The notes beneath the pieces were generated by a model, which was not told where the DNA came from, did no database searches, and was given only the letters and a program-made list of their open reading frames with translations. The position numbers were made by a program, and so were the translations under genes. A DNA stretch of 64,000 nucleotides from Bacteroidales bacterium. GTDB taxonomy: Bacteria > Bacteroidota > Bacteroidia > Bacteroidales > UBA1715. The stretch lies in NCBI GenBank assembly GCA_012519815.1, contig JAAYPM010000016.1, forward strand, positions 1,675 to 65,674. The letters are read 5' to 3'. Below are positions 50,301-57,637 of this stretch, piece after piece (position 1 is the stretch's first letter; every line of letters starts with the position of its first letter).

Positions 50301-51970
50301 CTAAAAATAGTTCCATTATTATTTACAATAACATTATTTGTGAGTGTAACACCCGCTCCCCATGCAATAAGTCCTAATTTTCCCGAAGCATTCACAGTAT
50401 ATGTACCTGAACCAGATGTAGCACAATTATTTTCAAGATGCAAATATGAACTATTAATTTCCACAGATCCATTATTTACCACCGGAACATTTACAAAAAA
50501 TATTTCATTTTCGTCTTGTTTTGTAAGCGTTTTTCCTGCGTTTATAGTAACTCCGGCATCTGCAAATCCCTGATTTCGCACATCCCATCTACCACTACCA
50601 CCAATAAAACTATGTTCTGTTACTGTTACTTTTTGAATTGCATAAATATTTACAGCACCATTATTCACCATTGTACCACCTGCCAATACAAACGCTTCTG
50701 TTCCTAAAGAGTATCCATTGATATCAAGCGTTCCTCCTGTAGATATTGTTGTGCCAGAATCTGCTGAACCAAATGCATTATTATTACCAGCACGTAAGGT
50801 ACCTGCTAAAATTGTTGTTGCTCCGGTAAACGTGTTGGTTCCTGTTAATGTAAGCATTCCTGTTCCAATTTTTGTAAGAGAACCTGCTCCCGAAATAACT
50901 CTTGAGTACGTATAATCATTACTTCTATTAAAAATTAGCTCTGAATTATTTACAATATTTCTCCCTACAGTTCCCGCTGCGCTATTATTACCTAACTGTA
51001 AAGAACCAGCAGAAATTGTTGTTATTCCGGTAAACGTGTTGTTTCCTGTTAATGTAAGCGTTCCTGTTCCAACTTTCGTAAGAGCAATTGCTCCGGTAAT
51101 AGTTCCCGAAAATGTACTTGTAGTATTTAAACTTCCTACTGTAAGAGTTCTTGTCGTTCCTGTATTTTTATTAATATTGCTAGCTCCAGAAGCTGTTAAT
51201 TCACCAACAGTTAAATTTCTATTCATTTGCAACTGTCCATTTCCATCAAAAATTACTGTTCCGGCAATGGTTGTGGCACTACTTAAAGTACATGTATGTC
51301 CATTTTGTAGAATAAAAATGTCATCTAATCCAGAAAAAACAGTAGGATTAAAACCAAAGCCATCTGGCTCAGAGTTCCAATTGTTTACATCAGATAAATC
51401 TTGATTATGTATTGAATAAAATATATTGCTTGTTCTGCCATATCCCATATAATCGAGATAGAATGTATGTGTGTTTCCTGCTGTTTGTGATTTTTGATTT
51501 TTTAACCCATACATTCCAATATTAGATTTATCTATATTTACGCCATTAGCTGCGTTATTTAAATCAATAGCAATTTGTGTCCAAGTATTTTGTGGAATAC
51601 TAAACGTAGATCCTTCTGCTTGAATCCAATTTGTACCTTGTATATACTGTACAAATAAACGCACTTCAACATTTGCATCTGGGGTATAAACCCATGCAAT
51701 TAGATAATCATACGAACTCCAATCTCGATTAGTAGTATTTATTTTTACAGCCCCCTTACCCTGTAATCCAACTGTTAGCGCTCCTGCTCCCTCATATTTT
51801 TGTGCTGTAGTATATGCAGGAGTAGATGAAATATCCCATCCGCCAGTCCAACCATCAACAGTACCTGCATTCCAATCATGTAATACATCTGTTATGGTAT
51901 ATTGAGAATGTCCTGAAAATGATACAGACAAAAAAAGCAAAACACACGCAATTTTTATGACATACCTCAT
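47372..51970 (-). CDS. Giant T9SS cargo protein with autotransporter-associated beta-strand (PATR) repeats, a CBM-like N-terminal domain and a T9SS CTD
   Basis: Start taken at MRYVIKIACVLLFLSVSFSGHSQ (the upstream TTG extension is discarded). At least 8 units of the type G(S/T)LTK.G.G.LTLTG.NT(F/Y)(T/S)G.TTI..G.L.LG. C-terminus ...IAKGVYYIFCKFRTGECAQKVLVD. Confidence 0.8.
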   Translation of the reverse strand: MRYVIKIACVLLFLSVSFSGHSQYTITDVLHDWNAGTVDGWTGGWDISSTPAYTTAQKYEGAGALTVGLQGKGAVKINTTNRDWSSYDYLIAWVYTPDANVEVRLFVQYIQGTNWIQAEGSTFSIPQNTWTQIAIDLNNAANGVNIDKSNIGMYGLKNQKSQTAGNTHTFYLDYMGYGRTSNIFYSIHNQDLSDVNNWNSEPDGFGFNPTVFSGLDDIFILQNGHTCTLSSATTIAGTVIFDGNGQLQMNRNLTVGELTASGASNINKNTGTTRTLTVGSLNTTSTFSGTITGAIALTKVGTGTLTLTGNNTFTGITTISAGSLQLGNNSAAGTVGRNIVNNSELIFNRSNDYTYSRVISGAGSLTKIGTGMLTLTGTNTFTGATTILAGTLRAGNNNAFGSADSGTTISTGGTLDINGYSLGTEAFVLAGGTMVNNGAVNIYAIQKVTVTEHSFIGGSGRWDVRNQGFADAGVTINAGKTLTKQDENEIFFVNVPVVNNGSVEINSSYLHLENNCATSGSGTYTVNASGKLGLIAWGAGVTLTNNVIVNNNGTIFSNNNDGGNSTIVGNVTLHGSATVENTVPFSISGVISGTGSLTKIGNAVLTLTGTNTYSGGTTISAGALQLGNNSTTGIVAGNIVNNSELIFYRSNNYTYSGIISGTGNLTKNGNGELNLTNANSYTGTTTILNDRINYTITANGGSNSGIGASSSNASNVILDGGILRYVGSGGSTDRLFTVTEKGGRIYASGTGTQIWTNTGTIVMTGTGNRTLEFGGGTATTNYFAPILPDPVSGTLSVIKTGATNTWVFSGNHTYSGITTIVGGALQIGNNSTTGILPGNAVNNGTLMFARSDTYTYSHIVSGTGHLHQNGTGRLVLRGMQTYTGNTFVNAGELELGGLGTPSATRQLPIGTIVTIESGALLIVSGLAGSTENNEIIGGLQGNGNVTTYNGATVARLTVQNTADYTFSGQISGNVRLQIIKDGIGTLTLSGNNTYQGLTTIKAGTIKLGSTTALGSTDNEVIIQNGGALDLNGILYPIKPLTITGTGVSGSGVIFNSSGSAASFAGNIVLSGASTITANNKITLSGTISPSTQNLTKNGSNALAFTTNTITVHNFDIAAGEIDGGESIINIHGAFTNSGVFTPNVNGVYMLGTYEQTIPAVPFYNLTINNTAGTVLAGNISVAETLTLTNGIFDTDGYVIDLGMSGNLIETAINPSSYILGSIKATRVLLKDINNMFGGIGIELHETNKDNINTTITRVTGEACMGVDGNQGILRYFTINPDGDDSGFNSTMVFHYYDHEIYGHEAGFLDIYKSIDNRITWSRFAPTRDIIANKLILTDISSFSDWTASDGINNTLPIDLIDFSAYISEQGIMLYWATASETNNDFFTIERSYDGITWNSIAYIPGAGNSSFMHEYEFLDNTVHYDIVYYRLKQTDYDGMSSYSKIISINQALITDELIKIYYNTREQKIILECNSDVQNNTEYIEVLSATGQLVYRINEFTSTIPTVSIAKGVYYIFCKFRTGECAQKVLVD
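49950..50215 (-). repeat. Intragenic direct repeat copy A (about 265 nt, approximate edges)
   Basis: By eye about four-fifths identical to 50850-51115. For example ...cccgaaataattcccgagtacgtataattattacttctataaaaaattaactctgaattatttacaatatttcc... versus ...cccgaaataactcttgagtacgtataatcattacttctattaaaaattagctctgaattatttacaatatttct... Confidence 0.6.
50850..51115 (-). repeat. Intragenic direct repeat copy B (about 265 nt, approximate edges)
   Basis: Partner of 49950-50215, offset about 900 nt. Also contains a shorter near-identical ~60-nt pair at about 50822 and about 51024 (tccggtaaacgtgttg.ttcctgttaatgtaagc.ttcctgttccaa). Confidence 0.6.
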
Positions 51971-52223
51971 CTGTTTTTGAACAGTGCAAATGTCCAAGTT
52001 AAACAGGAAGCCTTGTCTATGGCGGATTGCAAACAATGTATAAATCAATGTATTATGTATGTAAATAAAAATTTAACGAATGCAATGTGGTGAATAAAAA
52101 TACGCTACACAATGAGTATAAATACTCATAAATAGATAAGGTATTTACACTTCTTTGTTATATGCAAAAATATCCATTAAAAACAAGGTTATTTCTAATA
52201 AAAACAAAATTATTTGGTGGCAA

Positions 52224-53102
52224 TTACAGTACTTTTAGTAGCTGTACACGAACAATAATTGTTTTACATGGCGGTATAGGATTTTCACCTTTTTTTCCAG
52301 CAGCAAGTTCAGAAGGAAGAATAAAAGTGGCAAGTCCGCCCTCACGCATATACTGAACTCCTTCTGTTAAGCCTGGCCATACAGACGTGTCTTGTATTGA
52401 AAAACGTAAAGGATTATTTGCACTTGCTGTTGAATATAAAACATGTCCATCAAGAAATGATATTGAATAATGAATAATAAGCTGTGCATCGGAATGTGGT
52501 TTTTTTCCGTTACCGGCCTTTTTTTCAATGTAATACATGCCTGATTTTGTAGGTTTTTGTTCAGGATAATGACTTTGAATATATTCTTGCAGTAAATACT
52601 GTTCTTGTTCTGATAAATCATGTAAAATGCGTTCTTCTTCGGAAAGAAATTCGTGTGGATTAAAAATTTTCTCAAGGCGAATTTCAAACCTCAACAGCTC
52701 ATGTGGAGCAATACCTTGCGGATACTCTGCAATTGAAAGTTGCGAATAAAAATCTTTTGCCGCAATTTTACACGTAAGACTATCCCCCTCGCTCATAAAC
52801 ATATATGCCTGAAAAATTGTTGGAACACTATCATTATATTCAGGAATTTCTTGTATAAAACGAGATGATATTTCACGAGAATCAAAAATAAGAGAATCAT
52901 GTGCAAAATATCGTATTCGTACCAATACTCTATCGCCTTGTTTTGGCGTATTTGCACTATTTGATTTTACACGAAACGTATATAACAAGCCATTTGGAGC
53001 TTGTTCAAATGATTCAGACGAAGAAGTACATGCAGTAAAAAATAGTATAATACAGTAAAAAAGATATGTATATAAAGATGTTTGTATTTTATCGATTCGC
53101 AT
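52224..53102 (-). CDS. FKBP-type peptidyl-prolyl cis-trans isomerase lipoprotein (two FKBP-like halves)
   Basis: Start taken at MRIDKIQTSLYTYLFYCIILFFTAC (lipobox Cys). C-terminal FKBP domain ...HYSISFLDGHVLYST...VWPGLTEGVQYMREGGLATFILPSELA. Confidence 0.78.
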   Translation of the reverse strand: MRIDKIQTSLYTYLFYCIILFFTACTSSSESFEQAPNGLLYTFRVKSNSANTPKQGDRVLVRIRYFAHDSLIFDSREISSRFIQEIPEYNDSVPTIFQAYMFMSEGDSLTCKIAAKDFYSQLSIAEYPQGIAPHELLRFEIRLEKIFNPHEFLSEEERILHDLSEQEQYLLQEYIQSHYPEQKPTKSGMYYIEKKAGNGKKPHSDAQLIIHYSISFLDGHVLYSTASANNPLRFSIQDTSVWPGLTEGVQYMREGGLATFILPSELAAGKKGENPIPPCKTIIVRVQLLKVL

Positions 53103-54144
53103 ACATTTTTTCATAATAGTGAGCATAATTTCCTGAAACAACACGAGCCAACCATTCTTGGTTTTGCAAATACCAATCAACCGTAAGTTCAATGCCTTCT
53201 TCAAAGGTAACAGATGGTTCCCAGCCTAATTCATTCATGAGTTTTGAAGAATCTATTGCATAGCGTAAATCATGTCCTGCTCTATCTGTTACATAGGTAA
53301 TAAGTTTTTCCGATTCACCTTGTGCTCTATTAAGACGAGAATCCATAATTTCGCAAAGTTTTTTTACTAATGCAATATTTGTCCATTCATTATTACCACC
53401 AATATTATATGTATCGCCATTTTTACCAGAATGAAAAATCATATCAATAGCCCGTGCATGGTCAATTACATAGAGCCAGTCGCGTACATTTTCTCCTTTT
53501 CCATAAATAGGAAGCGGTTTATTATGCGTGATATTATTAATACAAAGAGGTATAAGTTTTTCGGGAAAATGATTTGGTCCATAATTATTTGAACAATTAC
53601 TAATTACCACAGGCAATTTGTATGTATTATGATAGGCGCGAACAAAGTGGTCTGAACTTGCTTTTGATGCAGAATAGGGACTTTTAGGGTCGTATGGGGT
53701 AGTTTCCAAAAAAAGACCTTCGGCACCAAGCGAGCCATACACCTCATCGGTCGAAACATGGTAAAAACGTTTTCCTTCAAAATTAGTTTGCCATGCATTT
53801 TTTGCTGCATTTAATAACACCATTGTACCAAACACATTTGTTTTCACAAACGCTCCGGGGTCAGTTATAGAACGGTCCACATGTGATTCTGCTGCTAAAT
53901 GAATTACTCCATCAAATGTATATTTTTTAAACAAAGCTTCAATAAAATCTGCATCAGCAATATCTCCTTTTTCAAATTTATAATTTGGAAGTGTATCAAC
54001 ATCTCGTAAATTTTCTAAATTTCCCGCATAGGTCAATGCATCAAGGTTTACAATAGTATAATTCGGATATGTTGTAACAAAGCGTCGTACCACATGAGAA
54101 CCAATAAAACCAGCACCTCCGGTAATTAAAATTGTTTTTGTCAT
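53089..54144 (-). CDS. rfbB: dTDP-glucose 4,6-dehydratase
   Basis: 351 aa. ILITGGAGFIGSH, YSASKASSD (YxxxK), and a typical RfbB C-terminus. Confidence 0.95.
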   Translation of the reverse strand: MTKTILITGGAGFIGSHVVRRFVTTYPNYTIVNLDALTYAGNLENLRDVDTLPNYKFEKGDIADADFIEALFKKYTFDGVIHLAAESHVDRSITDPGAFVKTNVFGTMVLLNAAKNAWQTNFEGKRFYHVSTDEVYGSLGAEGLFLETTPYDPKSPYSASKASSDHFVRAYHNTYKLPVVISNCSNNYGPNHFPEKLIPLCINNITHNKPLPIYGKGENVRDWLYVIDHARAIDMIFHSGKNGDTYNIGGNNEWTNIALVKKLCEIMDSRLNRAQGESEKLITYVTDRAGHDLRYAIDSSKLMNELGWEPSVTFEEGIELTVDWYLQNQEWLARVVSGNYAHYYEKMYANR

Positions 54145-54207
54145 AATTATTTTTTTACAAAAATGAATACTTTTTTTTGTTTCGCAAGAGATTTGCTTAT
54201 GCTTTTT

Positions 54208-57200
54208 TTACAGATTAGCATCTCTTTCTTTTTCATGGAGCGATTTCATGTAATTATTTACATTAAAACCTATTACTAAGATATCATCTATTTGCTCGGT
54301 GTCGCCTTTCCAATTTACAAAATAATCTTTAAGTGCTTTGCTTTGTTTAATAAACGGCTGATGATGAATAGATAACAGAAGATGACGGAAGCGTATATAT
54401 TTCATTTTTTTCTGCATAGGTCCGCCAAACTGGTCGGCATATCCATCTGAAAATATATAAAACGTGTCGTCTGGTTGCACTTTAATTATATGATTTTTAA
54501 ACGGCACATCTTCATGTTCGTTACTTAATCCCACCGAAAATCTATCACCTTTTATTGAAATAATTTTATTATTACGCACAATATAAAGAGGATTTAATGC
54601 ACCAGCATATTCAATAATTCCCTTGCTTTTATGCATTACACAAATTGCAATATCCATACCGTCTTTAACCATTGTGTCATCTTCCATTTGGTTTTTTGTG
54701 AGAAGTTCAATAAGTGCTTTATTCAAATAATCGAGAATTTCTGAAGGTTTATGAATTTTGCGTTCTTTCGTAATATTTCGCAATAAATCATATCCTATTA
54801 TAGACATGAATGCTCCCGGCACACCGTGCCCAGTACAATCGACAGCTGCAATAAAAATTTTATCTTCAATTTCGGTAATCCAATAAAAATCGCCACTTAC
54901 AATATCCTTAGGCATATACAGAATAAACGAATTAGGGAGCAATTGTTTAAATTTTGCACGAGACGGCATAATTGCCCATTGAATACGTTTTGCATACATA
55001 ATGCTATCAGTAATATTCTTATTTTTAATACTTAATTCCTCTTTTTGTTTTGCAATTTCGTATGCTGATTTTTGTTTTTCGGTAAGTGTTTTATTTGCCG
55101 CACGTAATTTTTGTGTACGAGATTCAATAAAAACAAAGAGCAAAATCAAGAAAACAACAACATAAAAAATATACGCCCATGTTGTTTTCCAAATAGGTGT
55201 TTGCACTCGAATGGTTAAAATTCGTTCGTGTCCCCACACACCATCATTATTAGAGCCAATAATTTTAAGTGTGTAATTACCCGAAGGTAAACTTGAATAA
55301 TTAATTGAGTTTTGCGAGCCGAGGTCGTGCCATTCGTTATCTAAATCTTCTAAAATATATTTATATTTATTTTTATGGGGTTGTGTAAATTCTATAGAAG
55401 CAAACTGAATAGTTAAAAAATTATGTTTCCATGGCAATACAACTTCTCGGGCATCAGAAAGATATATTGTTTTTCTGTCAGCATCAGTAAAGTATGACAT
55501 ATGGAGTGTTTCTAAATTAGGAACAATTGGATTGTCATAAATTGAATCAGGATAAAATACATTTACGCCATGTATTCCACCAAAAAACACTAAGCCATAA
55601 TTTGTTTTAAACATGCTGTTAGGTACAAATTCATATCCTTGAATACCGTCTGAAGGGTCAAATGATTTAAATGTTTTTGTTCGTTGTGTAAATTGTGCTA
55701 ATCCCTTATTTGTGCTAATCCACAAATCCTGATTGTTTGCAACAAGTCCAAAAATTTGATTGTTTGGCAAACCATTTTTTTCGGTATAAAATTCATATAA
55801 AGAATCAATTTCTCGAAATGCATACAAACCAGAATTTGTACCAATCCACATTTTACTATTTGTATCTTCGAGAATACAATACACTTTATTTTGGCTTTTA
55901 TGTCGTTCGTTTTTTTTGGTATATGAATATGTCTCAATTTTTTGTTCATTATGAGTATAACGAGCTAAACCTTTGTCTGTTCCAATCCAAATAGTACCTT
56001 TTGAATCTTCAAAAAAACTTAAAATAATATTTGAAGGTAAATAGCGAGTATTTGAATATTTATCAAAATTCAATAATTTTTTCTTTTCAGTATCAAACAT
56101 AAAAATTCCAGAATTTGTACCAATCCAAATGTTGCCTTTTGAATCTTCAAGCAATGCTTTAATTTGTCTATTTCCCGAAAGCTTTTCATGTATATCGGGA
56201 ATTATTGTATGGAGCATAGAAAACGTTTCTGTATGTTTATCATAGAGAGCACAAAAGCTATCGCCACACACATATAATTTTCCTGAGCTACTTAATTGTA
56301 TTGAAACAATATGATTTCCGGGAAAATTACCTTTTGTATATGAGAAATTCTGTGTTTTTTGGGTATGCGTATTATATATAAACAAACCATCTTGTCGAGT
56401 GCCGACAAATAATAATGAATCAAATAAATAAATATTAGTAGTATGTTCATTAAATTCTTTGTTGTTGCCATAGGGAATACTCAGAATATTAAATTTTTTT
56501 GCTTTAATATCAAGTTTGTTTAAACCGTTTCTTGTACCTATCCACACTATATTTGAGCGATCTTTAATAATGCAATTTATATTATTTGTTGCAATACTAT
56601 TTTCGGTAAGAGAATGAGTATGAGCCTCAAATTTTAAAGTTTCAACAGAAAAACGATACAATCCATGATTGTTTGAAGTTATCCACAATTCATGAGGAGA
56701 TTTGCCTTCAACAATACCTGTTATTGCATTTTGCATATCATATTTGTGCGGATAAAAAAATCGGGTAAACGTTTGTGAATCACGATTAAATTTATTGAAC
56801 CCATGACTTGTTCCAATCCAAAGATTTTTATAAGAATCCTCGTATATACAACGCACTTCATTGTTGCTAATTGAGTTTTTTTCGAAAGGATTATTTTTAA
56901 ATAAAATTAGTGCGTCAATTTCAGGTTCATAATACACTAATCCTTCTTTTGTACCAAACCAAAGCACCCCGTATGAATCTTGAAAAATAGTATATTTAAA
57001 ATTTTCAATTTCTTTTAAAAAAAGGTCTTTTTCATATTGATACTTTTTTACCTTACCATTTTCATTGTTAATTTTATTAATATAACTTGGCGTTATAATC
57101 CATATATTATTCTCAAAATCAGCATGAACGGCGTAAATTACATTGTCATTTATAGTAAATGATTGATTATTTTGATATGGATAATATGAGGTAAAATTAT

Positions 57201-57555
57201 TATGTAAACGATTAAACATATTCAATCCATTTTCAGTTGCAATCCAAATATTTCCTTCCAAATCTTCAGAAATATCATAAATCATATTGTCTGAAATTGA
57301 TTCTTCATCTTCGGGGTCGTGTTTAAATATTTCAAATGATTTTCCGTCATAACGATTTAATCCTGCCTGCGTTCCTATCCACAAAAACCCGCGAGAATCT
57401 TGTAATAAACAGGTAATGTTACTCTGTGAAATTCCTTGAGCTATCGAAAAATAATCGAAATGTAACTTTGTAGAATAATAAATAGCCGGATTTTTTGCTG
57501 AAACATGCAAAAAAGAAAAGATACATATACAATATAAAAAAATAGATTTTCTCAT
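54208..57555 (-). CDS. Membrane sensor: periplasmic two-component-regulator propeller repeats + Y_Y_Y domain, one TM, coiled coil, cytoplasmic PP2C/SpoIIE phosphatase
   Basis: 1115 aa. Many (I/L)W(I/F)GT..GL..(F/Y) blades. Y_Y_Y YKYILEDLDNEWHDLG...LPSGNYTLKI. TM segment WAYIFYVVVFLILLFVFI. PP2C VSGDFYWITE...AAVDCTGHGVPGAFMS...FSDGYADQFGG. Confidence 0.85.
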   Translation of the reverse strand: MRKSIFLYCICIFSFLHVSAKNPAIYYSTKLHFDYFSIAQGISQSNITCLLQDSRGFLWIGTQAGLNRYDGKSFEIFKHDPEDEESISDNMIYDISEDLEGNIWIATENGLNMFNRLHNNFTSYYPYQNNQSFTINDNVIYAVHADFENNIWIITPSYINKINNENGKVKKYQYEKDLFLKEIENFKYTIFQDSYGVLWFGTKEGLVYYEPEIDALILFKNNPFEKNSISNNEVRCIYEDSYKNLWIGTSHGFNKFNRDSQTFTRFFYPHKYDMQNAITGIVEGKSPHELWITSNNHGLYRFSVETLKFEAHTHSLTENSIATNNINCIIKDRSNIVWIGTRNGLNKLDIKAKKFNILSIPYGNNKEFNEHTTNIYLFDSLLFVGTRQDGLFIYNTHTQKTQNFSYTKGNFPGNHIVSIQLSSSGKLYVCGDSFCALYDKHTETFSMLHTIIPDIHEKLSGNRQIKALLEDSKGNIWIGTNSGIFMFDTEKKKLLNFDKYSNTRYLPSNIILSFFEDSKGTIWIGTDKGLARYTHNEQKIETYSYTKKNERHKSQNKVYCILEDTNSKMWIGTNSGLYAFREIDSLYEFYTEKNGLPNNQIFGLVANNQDLWISTNKGLAQFTQRTKTFKSFDPSDGIQGYEFVPNSMFKTNYGLVFFGGIHGVNVFYPDSIYDNPIVPNLETLHMSYFTDADRKTIYLSDAREVVLPWKHNFLTIQFASIEFTQPHKNKYKYILEDLDNEWHDLGSQNSINYSSLPSGNYTLKIIGSNNDGVWGHERILTIRVQTPIWKTTWAYIFYVVVFLILLFVFIESRTQKLRAANKTLTEKQKSAYEIAKQKEELSIKNKNITDSIMYAKRIQWAIMPSRAKFKQLLPNSFILYMPKDIVSGDFYWITEIEDKIFIAAVDCTGHGVPGAFMSIIGYDLLRNITKERKIHKPSEILDYLNKALIELLTKNQMEDDTMVKDGMDIAICVMHKSKGIIEYAGALNPLYIVRNNKIISIKGDRFSVGLSNEHEDVPFKNHIIKVQPDDTFYIFSDGYADQFGGPMQKKMKYIRFRHLLLSIHHQPFIKQSKALKDYFVNWKGDTEQIDDILVIGFNVNNYMKSLHEKERDANL

Positions 57556-57637
57556 ACTTCAAACCTTACTGCTAAGGTACACAAAAAATGAATATTTGCA
57601 TAGTATATATAAATTTTCTTTTACTGATAGTTTTAGA

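Noticed and set aside
49950-51115. PATR intragenic repeats as template/variable repeats of a diversity-generating retroelement
   Set aside because: Mismatches between the copies involve all four bases rather than being adenine-specific, and no reverse transcriptase or accessory gene is present in the window.
48207-51404. Several 65-145-aa ORFs on the plus strand antisense to the PATR gene (e.g. 48642..48989, 50136..50573, 51036..51404)
   Set aside because: They translate to low-complexity P/V/F/I-rich strings that mirror the Gly/Thr/Asn-rich repeat codons of the minus-strand gene. None has motifs, a start-site context or a promoter. They are an artefact of repetitive codon composition.
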